Source: a virus. From it: a stretch of DNA of 64,000 nucleotides. The DNA lies in the UHGV virus genome UHGV-0101699; one strand, 5' to 3'. The position numbers were made by a program, and so were the translations under genes. This document shows, in pieces, positions 33,891 to 42,832 of this stretch. The notes below the pieces were generated by a model that had not been told where the DNA came from, ran no database searches, and saw only the letters and a list, made by a program, of their open reading frames with translations. How positions within the stretch are numbered: position 1 is the first letter of the stretch; the number at the start of each line of letters is the position of its first letter.

Positions 33891-35015
33891 TCACGAATTA
33901 AACACTTTTATACCGAGAACCTTGCTCTGGAGCTCCAGCTGCTTAGAGTAGGGTTTTGCACGATAGTAGGCTTTGAGAATTTGTTCCTGGGTGGCCTCCC
34001 CGGGATCTAGCCCTTCTTCTCCAAGACAGGCTATTTTCACATTTAACCCTATACTGGCTAATCGTCTGGCGGCCGCCATTGTGTTTCGGATCGCTTGCTT
34101 CTCGCTATCCCACATCATGATGACGTTTCGCAGACCATCAGCCTTTAACGACAGAAACGCGCCCAGTTGGTCTTCTGCGTCTACAGTCGTGTTTCCGGAC
34201 AGATGCATCCCGAACGTGCCAATGGGCTCTACGTAGTCCCGGAGCGTCTCTTCGTCGAATATGGCGCGCTTAACCCCCATGACATCGAAAGCCCCTTCAC
34301 AGACGACGACGGTCTGTTTACCAACTGCGTTATGACCGTTATAGAGAAACCTCCCGGATGCCGGCAGCTGCATAGGGAAGAGATATCGGCGTTCTGCTGC
34401 GCCGGTGACGTCACGCCCCTGGAATGTCTTCATCACCCCATTCAGATCGTAAATCGGTATCAGGATGCGCATATCGAATGCCTGCCCTTTTACCTGATCG
34501 GTATATGGGTCGACATAAGCATGTTTTCCCTCGACGCAGTAACGCAGGTCAAAATATTTGGCCAGCTCCGGGGTAATGTTCCGCTCAACAAGATAGTCCG
34601 GCAGCCGACCGTCAATTGGCAGTTCATAATGCCGCGGTAAAGCCACCGGGCCTTCAAGTTCCACAGCACTGGCCAGCACAACCTCTTCTTTTTTTGGCGC
34701 CCAACCTTGAGACAAGAGTGCGTTATGTACGTACTCCTCAAAGGCACGACGAGACTTACCGCTGTAGTGTTTGAGGAAAACCAGCTTGTTAAATTGAATT
34801 TCTTCTGGGTGATCGCCGGCGAAGCATTTCCCGACGTTGTTGGTCAGGTTGAAATAGACCTTCCAGTTTGTGCTTCCGCATACCGGACATTCTTTGATAT
34901 TCACTTCGCGGCCGCGGGCGCTTACACCGCCGCGACGATAGATGATGCCTTCCATATCCAGCCATTGTTCGAAATCCAGCTCGGACAGTAACTCTTTGAG
35001 GTCACTCATTGTCAT
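33891..35015 (-). CDS. DNA primase (DnaG-like: zinc finger + TOPRIM)
   Basis: CPVCGSTNWKVYF...C zinc ribbon and TOPRIM VVCEGAFDV. A 21-codon upstream ORF (35018..35080) carries the conserved SD and overlaps the primase start as ATGA. Confidence 0.75.
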   Translation of the reverse strand: MTMSDLKELLSELDFEQWLDMEGIIYRRGGVSARGREVNIKECPVCGSTNWKVYFNLTNNVGKCFAGDHPEEIQFNKLVFLKHYSGKSRRAFEEYVHNALLSQGWAPKKEEVVLASAVELEGPVALPRHYELPIDGRLPDYLVERNITPELAKYFDLRYCVEGKHAYVDPYTDQVKGQAFDMRILIPIYDLNGVMKTFQGRDVTGAAERRYLFPMQLPASGRFLYNGHNAVGKQTVVVCEGAFDVMGVKRAIFDEETLRDYVEPIGTFGMHLSGNTTVDAEDQLGAFLSLKADGLRNVIMMWDSEKQAIRNTMAAARRLASIGLNVKIACLGEEGLDPGEATQEQILKAYYRAKPYSKQLELQSKVLGIKVFNS

Positions 35016-35161
35016 TCACCGCAGTTTTTAAAAGGCAATATCTTGATAAGCCTCGGTTTTTGAATACCATAGAGGCTCATGTGTTTTTCCTTTTGTGATT
35101 AAACAAAAGGTAATTTGGAAGGGCGTGGGGCTGTTATCCGTCTTTGCCCAACGCCTATTTT

Positions 35162-36502
35162 TTAAAGAACTTCCATGATCCGCTCGATGAAGCGCATCTG
35201 TTCGAGGTTCTGCTTAACGCGAATACTCACCCCGCCCTTCTGGTTACGAGAACCAGCAAAATAGAGTCGTGCTTCACCTTTGGCTTCTTCCTCCTCAGTC
35301 TTGTTGATAGTGATGACTAAGTCGGCAATACGGACTTTTTCGATATTGTCCGCGGCGTGCATCATAGTGGCCACTTCGGATGAGCCACCTTCACGGTTGG
35401 TCTGGGATGCCGTGATTCCTGCAACGTTGTGCTTATCGTAGAGAGCACGCAGATCGGTGTAGATAGAACGGATGTTCGCCCGGTCGTCACGGAGGTCGTA
35501 ACTGGCACGCATCAAGTCCGCATAGTCGACCACCACCATATCCGGGATCATGCCATTCGCTTTCATGCTATTGAGCATACGATCCAAATCTGCAGGCGAC
35601 ATGCTTCCTGACGGGCGCTCAACCACCCAGAGATTCCCCACCCCTTTCGTCGCGCCAATCTCCGCGAGTTTCCGGTGAACGTCGTCACGCTGCTCTACCA
35701 GCTTTGACATCTCCGTTTCAGACAGCCGCGCATCGAAGCGATCGGAGAGAATCGAGGTATGCACTTCGAGAGAAAGATACAAAACGTTGTAGCCGGCCAG
35801 CGTTGCGTTAATGGAAAACTCCCCCATCGCTGTCGATTTACCTGATTTCGCAAAACCCATGAAGAGCACCATCTCACGTTTCGCCCACCCTTTTTGATAG
35901 AGCATACGATCCAGCAGCGGAAGACCGGTGGTGATGCTGTTCGGCACGTAATCATCAGAGGCTTCATATTCACGGGCCTTGTAACGTTCCGCTGCAGAGG
36001 CGAAATAGTCATAAATGCCCGTCGCTTCGTTAGAACCGATCTGCTGCACTTTGGCCATGATGGCCATCGCTCCCTGGAAGTCGCCCTTCTCCTTCATCTC
36101 GGCCGCTTTAATCAACGCATCGTCGAACGCTACACTTTTAGCGAACGTCGCGACCTGGTCGACCATGTAAGCCGTATCAGAGAGTTTTTCCGAGAGCACT
36201 CGCTTAAACGCCGCCACAACGTCCGGGAACATCTCTTCTCTGATCGTCTTATCGCGTTTAGCACGCTTCAACATATCGAGGATGGCCGCCGATGAAGGCG
36301 CGCTCTTATACATTCTGAAATAGCCAGATACCATGTTCACCAGTATGGCGTTCGCCGCATTGGAGAATTGGTTGGGGGCAACCAGATCGCCGGCACGAGT
36401 CAGAAACTCATGATCGCGGCAAAAATACGCCGCCAGACGATTCTGGAAGTCGTCGTCGAACTCTTCAGACAACCCTCGTCCCGTGTGGCAAAGTTCGGTC
36501 AT
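35162..36502 (-). CDS. replicative DNA helicase (DnaB family)
   Basis: Walker A GFAKSGKST, ASQTNREG and RecA-like C-terminal domain motifs. The N-terminal helical domain is present. Confidence 0.8.
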   Translation of the reverse strand: MTELCHTGRGLSEEFDDDFQNRLAAYFCRDHEFLTRAGDLVAPNQFSNAANAILVNMVSGYFRMYKSAPSSAAILDMLKRAKRDKTIREEMFPDVVAAFKRVLSEKLSDTAYMVDQVATFAKSVAFDDALIKAAEMKEKGDFQGAMAIMAKVQQIGSNEATGIYDYFASAAERYKAREYEASDDYVPNSITTGLPLLDRMLYQKGWAKREMVLFMGFAKSGKSTAMGEFSINATLAGYNVLYLSLEVHTSILSDRFDARLSETEMSKLVEQRDDVHRKLAEIGATKGVGNLWVVERPSGSMSPADLDRMLNSMKANGMIPDMVVVDYADLMRASYDLRDDRANIRSIYTDLRALYDKHNVAGITASQTNREGGSSEVATMMHAADNIEKVRIADLVITINKTEEEEAKGEARLYFAGSRNQKGGVSIRVKQNLEQMRFIERIMEVL

Positions 36503-36566
36503 GTGTTTGTTATCCTTTGGTGCTTAAACAAGTTGTTTTCTAATCGTAAAAATATGGAGAAGGCAA

Positions 36567-37292
36567 TCAACACAGTCGCCGTGCTTCTTCCAGTTCTTCC
36601 GGGTAATGGGCATAGATAACGCGCTCAGGCACCAGCTCCATCAACCAGACAGCAGAGAAGATGGTGCGGATACGCTTATCACGGGTGATGTGCTTCAAAC
36701 GCTCCAGAACCCATTCAAAGTAACGTTCCTGAATTGGGTCATGCTGCATGTCTCCTAAGTGCTTAAAACTCACTACAGAGTCATCCAGACGCGTTCCCGC
36801 ACGATTGGCGAGTTTGCTTTCGAAGATCTCAATCAGTTCTGGCTGCCAAAGATGCTGAGGGCGAGGTAATTTGTCCCAGAGCCGGCGCGCAGCTGCAGAG
36901 AGAACAGTTGATATAAAATAGTCATAAGAGCAGCAATACCGATCTGCAAACTGGCGAGCTTTCCAGAGAGATGTTTTGTTCACCGCCGAAAGCTCTTGGT
37001 AAGGCAGGCGTTTCAGACCAGTGCTGAATGGCGCCGTCTCGAAATGCTCGCGGCCATGAGACAGCATGATCTGTGAGTATGCGCGCTTATAGGCTTCGGT
37101 GAACAGACAGGTTGCCATCAGCGGGTGCATGTCGCGATAGTCAAACCACTTTGTATCAAAGAGCTCAGCCTCTCCCTGGCATCGTGAAAGACCGATGTTT
37201 TCCGCAACCCACTTGTCCATAGCGACCGTGTCCCACTCTGTCATGAAGTCGTACTGGCCGTTGTTTATGGTATCAAAAAAGATCTGGCTCAT
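36567..37292 (-). CDS. hypothetical protein (241 aa)
   Basis: ORF between the helicase gene and the divergent intergenic region. Confidence 0.5.
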   Translation of the reverse strand: MSQIFFDTINNGQYDFMTEWDTVAMDKWVAENIGLSRCQGEAELFDTKWFDYRDMHPLMATCLFTEAYKRAYSQIMLSHGREHFETAPFSTGLKRLPYQELSAVNKTSLWKARQFADRYCCSYDYFISTVLSAAARRLWDKLPRPQHLWQPELIEIFESKLANRAGTRLDDSVVSFKHLGDMQHDPIQERYFEWVLERLKHITRDKRIRTIFSAVWLMELVPERVIYAHYPEELEEARRLC

Positions 37293-37302
37293 GCCCCCAC
37301 CG

Positions 37303-37324
37303 ATAGGTAACTACTTACTTAACA
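37303..37324. promoter_or_regulatory. copy of dispersed box (GATAGGTAACTACTTACTTAAC) in divergent region
   Basis: Upstream of the 36567..37292 gene. Divergent from the 37571 gene. Confidence 0.45.
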
Positions 37325-37570
37325 TTTGGCTGATCATATCGACTAGTTACTGTTTTTGGAAGTGGAAACGGAAGGGAATGTGTCTGGGAATTTGGTATAA
37401 AAAGCCTGTCTCCATATAAATAATATGTAGCTTAGTATTTATATACAAAAGCAGGCTACAAAACAGATGCCCAGAATCACATAATTTGATTTAATTCCCA
37501 GATGCTATGTTACTGACAGAACTGACTGATTAACCAAGGCTGACCATGTTAAAATCAGCGCTTTATCCTC

Positions 37571-38644
37571 GTGAGTATTATCAATATGCGCATGAACAAA
37601 CTTCCCGGATATGGTCTTCCCGAGCTGGCTTTCTGGCCTCAGCCTAAATACGAACGAAATAATTGGTCTATGTTCTGTCTGAAACTTCGTGATGATGGAA
37701 CTCTGGCTTGGTATAGGCGATATGTTGATCGAGGTATGCCAAACCTCGCCTTTGATGACGTCTACGATAGCTATCTTGATGCAAGAAAAGCGGCGGAAGA
37801 ACTAAATAAAAACATAGCTTTCAATATAGATGATCTATCTTTAACTCAGCAGCAAAGAGAATCACTACGCTTAAAAATTGATAAGGCGCTCATCTCAAAA
37901 TCGCGACTGATGGATGAGGAGCATATGATGCTAAATGAGGCCATTAGAAGACACACGAACGATCGACGTTTGTCATCAGATGAGCTAATTATCAAACCTG
38001 AAGGGTTAATCGTACGTCCCTATCTGCTAGACATACTACACGAGATGCCTTACTTGCATTGGATTTTCCTACCCACCTTCCAGACATGTTTCAGACTAAC
38101 AGAACCTAACACCTGGGAGCAAGTGCATAGCCCCAGAGCAAAATCATCCAAAATTTGCTACCAGGAACGTATCGCCAGAGGGTTTGGTTTATCAGGCACT
38201 GCACATTGGGGCAAAACAAAAGCGACTATTCGCTCAATGCTTCTGCCACGTGCCAACCAGCTACTACAACTCGCCAGCGTAAAAAGAATGCTGGATGAGG
38301 CTCTCCGGAATGGACGAAAAGTAATCGTCGTTGGCAGCTTTGTTTTCTGGTTCGAAGACATAAATCAGATAGGTTGGAGTGTTAAAGAAGCAAATGACAG
38401 CGAAATTACCTCAAGAGGCAATACGCTCTGGAAAGAAGGTACTATCATTTCAAAAAATCACGGTCGAATAGTCGTTCTACCGTATACAAAGGAAAACGGT
38501 GAGCATGTAAAAGGCTACACCAAGAACGCCCCCAACGACGGCAAAGCGATTCCGAGGCATAAGGATGAGTATGTTGAGCTGCCATTTGAAATTCTGGATG
38601 GTGACTTGATGTTCAGCCTGTTCGGTGAACTTAACTACGAATAA
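37571..38644 (+). CDS. hypothetical protein (357 aa), + strand cargo gene
   Basis: Opposite strand with its own long AT-rich leader and a terminator. No motif recognised. Confidence 0.5.
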   Translation: MSIINMRMNKLPGYGLPELAFWPQPKYERNNWSMFCLKLRDDGTLAWYRRYVDRGMPNLAFDDVYDSYLDARKAAEELNKNIAFNIDDLSLTQQQRESLRLKIDKALISKSRLMDEEHMMLNEAIRRHTNDRRLSSDELIIKPEGLIVRPYLLDILHEMPYLHWIFLPTFQTCFRLTEPNTWEQVHSPRAKSSKICYQERIARGFGLSGTAHWGKTKATIRSMLLPRANQLLQLASVKRMLDEALRNGRKVIVVGSFVFWFEDINQIGWSVKEANDSEITSRGNTLWKEGTIISKNHGRIVVLPYTKENGEHVKGYTKNAPNDGKAIPRHKDEYVELPFEILDGDLMFSLFGELNYE

Positions 38645-38661
38645 CTGTCATAGAACGTTGT

Positions 38662-38698
38662 ATTTCTAAGGCTGGCCTGCATAGACAGCCTTAGAAAT
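38662..38698. terminator. bidirectional hairpin TTTCTAAGGCTG-(11)-CAGCCTTAGAAA
   Basis: 12-bp perfect inverted repeat between convergent genes. Confidence 0.6.
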
Positions 38699-38703
38699 TT
38701 ATA

Positions 38704-39066
38704 TCAGCCTTTCTTCATCAACTCGCGCTTTATTTCGTCAGTACGCATCGTCACATCAGCAGCGGTGATCGCCTCGTTCATCTTTACGATGTCCTCTATT
38801 TCCTGCGGGGACTTCTCTGCCAGATGGAAAATGGCTGCACGTATCACATCAGAACGGGTGAACTTCTCGAAGCGAGGGATGAACTTCATCATCTCCAGTA
38901 ATTCGAAATACTCGTCTTCAAGAGACATCGTGCGGCTTTTGATTTTCTCTTTGCCACGTGTTGGACGGCCTTGTGGACGGACAGGCTGGCGCATCGGGGT
39001 GCTGCTTTTAGGTGCAGCAGCTTCCGCAGCCGGACGTTTTGCCAGATCACCCATTTTCATGGACAT
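38704..39066 (-). CDS. ribbon-helix-helix protein, ParG/CopG-like centromere-binding partner (putative)
   Basis: Disordered basic N-terminus, then an RHH pattern (RTMSLEDEYFELLEMM...RSDVIRAAIFHL). Sits directly downstream of parA with an ATGA overlap. Confidence 0.45.
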   Translation of the reverse strand: MSMKMGDLAKRPAAEAAAPKSSTPMRQPVRPQGRPTRGKEKIKSRTMSLEDEYFELLEMMKFIPRFEKFTRSDVIRAAIFHLAEKSPQEIEDIVKMNEAITAADVTMRTDEIKRELMKKG

Positions 39067-39731
39067 TATTCACCCTCCAAGGTCATTACGTATTCTACTA
39101 ATGCTTCAATCTCGGCCTCAGCCTTTTTGTCGCGCTCGGCTCCAGTCATCTCAAATATGGAACGACCCGCCTCTTCGGCATCGTCATAGACGTTGCGGTT
39201 GTAAAGATTCACCGGTACCGCCTCAATGCCAAAGGTTTCGACAATTTCTTTTGCAGCGATAATGCGCGCAGCCTGGGAAGGCAGAGACGGGCACTGGTTC
39301 ATTACAGCACGGATTTTGATTTGGTCATTCACGCTGCTAACGCTGTCGACGATGGGGTCGATGTCACGTAAGGATTTCAGATCGCGGCGTTTCGGGCGAA
39401 GCGGGATAAGGATCACGTTGGCCATCAGCATAGCCTGGCGCTGAATTTCGGAGTCGAAACCACCAGCGTCAACGACGACGTAATCGAAACGGCCGCGAAG
39501 CGAAGTGATGTGTTTGATGATGTCATCCTGGACATAGGCGAACGGGATCAGCTCCAGTTCTTCATTGTGCCGGCGGTCTTCACACCACCCTGTCGTGGTG
39601 CGCTGGATGTCGATATCAGTGATCTGGACTTTCTTTTTCTTTTTGATTTTCAGACAGGCTGCAATTTGCTGAGCAACAGTCGATTTGCCTGGGCCACCCT
39701 TGGTGCCGCCCACCACAATGATCTGAGTCAT
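39066..39731 (-). CDS. parA: ParA-family partition ATPase (small type Ib-like)
   Basis: Deviant Walker A TKGGPGKST (KGGxGKS/T) and DYVVVDAGG. 221 aa with no N-terminal HTH extension. Confidence 0.7.
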   Translation of the reverse strand: MTQIIVVGGTKGGPGKSTVAQQIAACLKIKKKKKVQITDIDIQRTTTGWCEDRRHNEELELIPFAYVQDDIIKHITSLRGRFDYVVVDAGGFDSEIQRQAMLMANVILIPLRPKRRDLKSLRDIDPIVDSVSSVNDQIKIRAVMNQCPSLPSQAARIIAAKEIVETFGIEAVPVNLYNRNVYDDAEEAGRSIFEMTGAERDKKAEAEIEALVEYVMTLEGE

Positions 39732-39915
39732 TCGTGATATCCCTACGTGTGATTTATCGTCGTATGAAACAACTTGTTTTCTTATATGCGATATAGCCTA
39801 AATGCCTACGGCTTCGGTGTAAAGGTGAAATGGTAGGTTATGTAGATACAGATAAATAAAAAATGGAGAGATTGAAAAGCTGTGGCGAGGAGGCGGCACA
39901 AAGCCGCCTGTCGAT

Positions 39916-40665
39916 TTACTGTTCGAACCAGCCGACTGGTGTTCTTGAAGAGCGCGAGATGATTAGAACAATGAACTTTTGTACATTGATCTGCACTTTA
40001 TTGGGCAACCATGAGCTCAGTTCGGGGTCGAGCAGTAGGCCACGGTTCCATGGTAAAAAACCAGTGTTCTTACCCATACCATATTCACCCAGCACGTCCT
40101 CGAACTTTTCTGTTTTGGCGTTGTAAATACGGACATCGCCGGTACGCATCAGAGGGCCAGCCCAGATCTTGGCGCCGGGAATGGTTTGGTTGTCATCGCA
40201 AACCAAATGCTCGTACCAATGAAGAAGGAAAAGATAGGTACTGTGGCACAGTCCTCGCTGACGAAGCGCTCTGACAGTTTCAACTCCAGCTACCTGATAA
40301 CTTTCAACTTCAGTGTCATTTTCAACAAAGCTATATTCACGCAGAGCTATTCTGCCTGCGATCGAATTTTTGCTATCGTCCAAAAGCCCTGAGCGGAGCA
40401 ACTCTTTGATGATTTCTTCTTCAGTAGCACCTTCATCGGCTCGATCTAGGATAAACTCGCTCAGCTGACTCTGGTCATACGCACCTACTCGCTCCATAGA
40501 GACATAAAGGCAAATGTCGTCTTCTGGGTCGATGATTTGGATTTCGGAGATTTTATAGAGAGAGGCTTCGTTGATAAGAAAGCCGAAACGAGCAACGCGA
40601 GTCTCCCCAGGGTGAGGAAACTCGCTTAGGTCTTTTGAGTATGCGCTATCTAGTGTAGGAGCCAT
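39916..40665 (-). CDS. hypothetical protein (249 aa)
   Basis: ORF with no motif recognised. Confidence 0.5.
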   Translation of the reverse strand: MAPTLDSAYSKDLSEFPHPGETRVARFGFLINEASLYKISEIQIIDPEDDICLYVSMERVGAYDQSQLSEFILDRADEGATEEEIIKELLRSGLLDDSKNSIAGRIALREYSFVENDTEVESYQVAGVETVRALRQRGLCHSTYLFLLHWYEHLVCDDNQTIPGAKIWAGPLMRTGDVRIYNAKTEKFEDVLGEYGMGKNTGFLPWNRGLLLDPELSSWLPNKVQINVQKFIVLIISRSSRTPVGWFEQ

Positions 40666-41042
40666 TTGGTAGCAGATCTATCAGCCTTTACATGACTGTC
40701 AATGCTACCATGTCCTAATACAAAGCGGCGAATAGAATGTTCGATGACCTCAGAAAATTCTTTTAAATCGCGCAACAGTTCCGGGTACTGCTTATCAGGT
40801 TTTACGACAAAACGAACACGGCCGTTCAGGAAGATAGCTTCCGCTAACGGTTTTACGCTGGCACGCGCCATCTCAACGTCGTCCTTAAAGGTAACGATGA
40901 AGCGTGTGTCTTTGAGCTCAACCGCGTCATTGTTGAGTTTACGGACTTCAATCTTGTGCTTAGCAAGCACGTGAGTCTCAATAACACTCGTACAATCACG
41001 GATTGTCTGTATAGAACGAGAAGCGTTCAGTGCGTTGTGCAT
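40650..41042 (-). CDS. hypothetical protein (130 aa)
   Basis: ORF overlapping the next gene's start by 16 nt. Confidence 0.5.
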   Translation of the reverse strand: MHNALNASRSIQTIRDCTSVIETHVLAKHKIEVRKLNNDAVELKDTRFIVTFKDDVEMARASVKPLAEAIFLNGRVRFVVKPDKQYPELLRDLKEFSEVIEHSIRRFVLGHGSIDSHVKADRSATKWLLH

Positions 41043-41258
41043 GTTTCCACCTTAGCCGTTAACAACCTAATGTCAGTGCGGCGACCCCCTGTGGGGTTTA
41101 GAGGCTACGAGTATGCGTAGCTTGAATGTGACTACACGTTATGACTGTAGTCATATCAAATCTACATCATTAAGCAGGATCATTCAACATGAGGTTGAAT
41201 GAAGCACAGTTAGATGCCGTGAATATCAAGCTCTGACGACAGATGTGAAGAAAAGAGG

Positions 41259-41335
41259 ATACGCCATAGTTTAGGTAGTGTAACGCAGCGTATCCTCTGA
41301 GGCGGGGCATAAAATGCTACCGCCCCCAATCACAA
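41259..41335 (-). terminator. tandem hairpins (GGGGCGG..CCGCCCC; GAGGATACGC..GCGTATCCTC + TTTTCTTC) downstream of lysis genes
   Basis: Read on the minus strand, two stems are followed by a T-run. Confidence 0.5.
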
Positions 41336-41538
41336 ATTCTTTCACCCAGCGTGTTGTGGATCAGGATTTCCCTCTCAGTTTCTTCTGTCAGGGCGTCGTC
41401 CTTGCTGATGTAGATAGGGTTTGCCCCATCGCAGAATTGTACGCCCACGGTCTGGGGTTTAATCACGCATCCACTTATCGCGAAGCTCGCGATGAACGGC
41501 AGAAGCATCCTTAGTCCTGACTTCATTAATCGTCTCAT
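41317..41538 (-). CDS. o-spanin (outer-membrane lipoprotein, Rz1-like)
   Basis: Signal peptide plus lipobox ISGC in a 73-aa protein with two further Cys. It overlaps the 3' end of the i-spanin gene. Confidence 0.6.
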   Translation of the reverse strand: MRRLMKSGLRMLLPFIASFAISGCVIKPQTVGVQFCDGANPIYISKDDALTEETEREILIHNTLGERICDWGR

Positions 41539-41710
41539 TTTTCACATCCACTGTGCCTTGAAGCCGTTTGTTGTTTTCTCTCTGCGCCTTTTCTTCTATG
41601 GCCCGCCGGGCAGCGCGTCCACCCCAGGTGTACGCCCCAACGAGCACAAAGAAGACGGCAGCCAAAGTCATGATGGTCGATTTGACCTTTGAAAGCAGGC
41701 TGCCGTTCAT
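41459..41710 (-). CDS. i-spanin (Rz-like: N-terminal TM, periplasmic coiled coil)
   Basis: TM helix IMTLAAVFFVLVGAY, then a charged helical region. Overlapped arrangement with the o-spanin gene. Confidence 0.55.
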   Translation of the reverse strand: MNGSLLSKVKSTIMTLAAVFFVLVGAYTWGGRAARRAIEEKAQRENNKRLQGTVDVKNETINEVRTKDASAVHRELRDKWMRD

Positions 41711-41712
41711 GG

Positions 41713-42432
41713 TTACACCACTCCTGCCTGATGCTTACGAACTTGCGACCAGGCAATAAAGCCGGCGACAACAATGGTCGCAATACCGAAGATAATGCGA
41801 ACGGTATCCCCGCTGGTGATATGTCCCTGGGCCTTATCCATCGCAACGGAGATCTGCGGCATTACGTCCGCCAGCTGCGCAATACCGATACCTGCAGTCA
41901 CCGTTGCGCCGGCTGTTTCTTTCGTGACGGGTACGGCTTTCACTGAAGTTACCGGTTTAACGACGCCGGCGCGACGCATACCTTCGTCAATAACTTCGGC
42001 CGAATACCAGCTATTGAGTGTTTTCAACGGGCCACGACCGTTCTCATGACGAATAATCGCCTCCACCAGCGGCCGCATAGTATTGTAATCATGCAGATCG
42101 ATGATCATGTCCGGCGTCACGCCTACGGCTTTAGATACCTCATTGATATAGGCGGCCGTGTTGTTTTCATGTGGCGGCGCCCAACGCTCGATGACTTCGC
42201 GGATCGTATCGATGCTGGAACCGTCTTTTGCGCGGCGCTTATCATGGTAGGTGATGAGCGTTACTGTCAGTGCTCGAATCCCCCATACGGGGTCTTTAAA
42301 AGTGCAGAACCGCGGTTCCGCCGGGTTGTTTACTAACCCTTGCCACGGCGACCCCTTATCCAGGTTACCAGGGTTATTGTTACGAATGCCTCTTGGAGTA
42401 CTCATCCTTGTTCTCCTGTTATTGCAGTCCAT
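41713..42432 (-). CDS. putative peptidoglycan hydrolase (endolysin) with C-terminal TM anchor
   Basis: Sits between the holin candidate and the spanins. It has a GIRNNNPGNL motif that I associate with phage muramidase-like proteins. C-terminal TM helix IIFGIATIVVAGFIAW. Confidence 0.4.
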   Translation of the reverse strand: MDCNNRRTRMSTPRGIRNNNPGNLDKGSPWQGLVNNPAEPRFCTFKDPVWGIRALTVTLITYHDKRRAKDGSSIDTIREVIERWAPPHENNTAAYINEVSKAVGVTPDMIIDLHDYNTMRPLVEAIIRHENGRGPLKTLNSWYSAEVIDEGMRRAGVVKPVTSVKAVPVTKETAGATVTAGIGIAQLADVMPQISVAMDKAQGHITSGDTVRIIFGIATIVVAGFIAWSQVRKHQAGVV

Positions 42433-42754
42433 TTTTCACGCCATAAGCGGCCAAACCCAAAAGCAGCACGGTGATCAGGAACGAGGTAATCTTGGAAATA
42501 ATGCCTCCAAAGAACCCGCTTGAAATCGTGTCGAGCCGATTAAGAAGTTTGTCCAGGTTGGAATGCTGAATGCTATGTTGCGCCGGAGTCATATCACCAA
42601 AGTAGGTTCGCAGCTGATCGTTGACTTCCTGGCCAATATCATCGCGAAGCTCCTTACTTAATTTTCCTACGACTTCGCGCGCAACAATTGCGGCAATGCG
42701 CTCCACCTGCTCTGGCGTCACGCCTGCCATCTCGTTTGACATGTCTTCCTCCAT
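42419..42754 (-). CDS. holin candidate / lysis-associated membrane protein (single C-terminal TM)
   Basis: First gene of the cassette, overlapping the endolysin start. Its topology is atypical for a holin. Confidence 0.3.
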   Translation of the reverse strand: MEEDMSNEMAGVTPEQVERIAAIVAREVVGKLSKELRDDIGQEVNDQLRTYFGDMTPAQHSIQHSNLDKLLNRLDTISSGFFGGIISKITSFLITVLLLGLAAYGVKNGLQ

Positions 42755-42804
42755 GAATAAGTCAAATCGGATGGCAGATTTATATCATAAATTAGAAACT
42801 TATT

Positions 42805-42824
42805 GTAGGTAAGTACTTACATAC
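42805..42824 (-). promoter_or_regulatory. copy of dispersed box (GTAGGTAAGTACTTACATAC) upstream of lysis cassette
   Basis: On the coding strand GTAAGTACTTACC is followed by TACAAT, the same arrangement as at 22508. Confidence 0.55.
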
Positions 42825-42832
42825 AAAATGGA

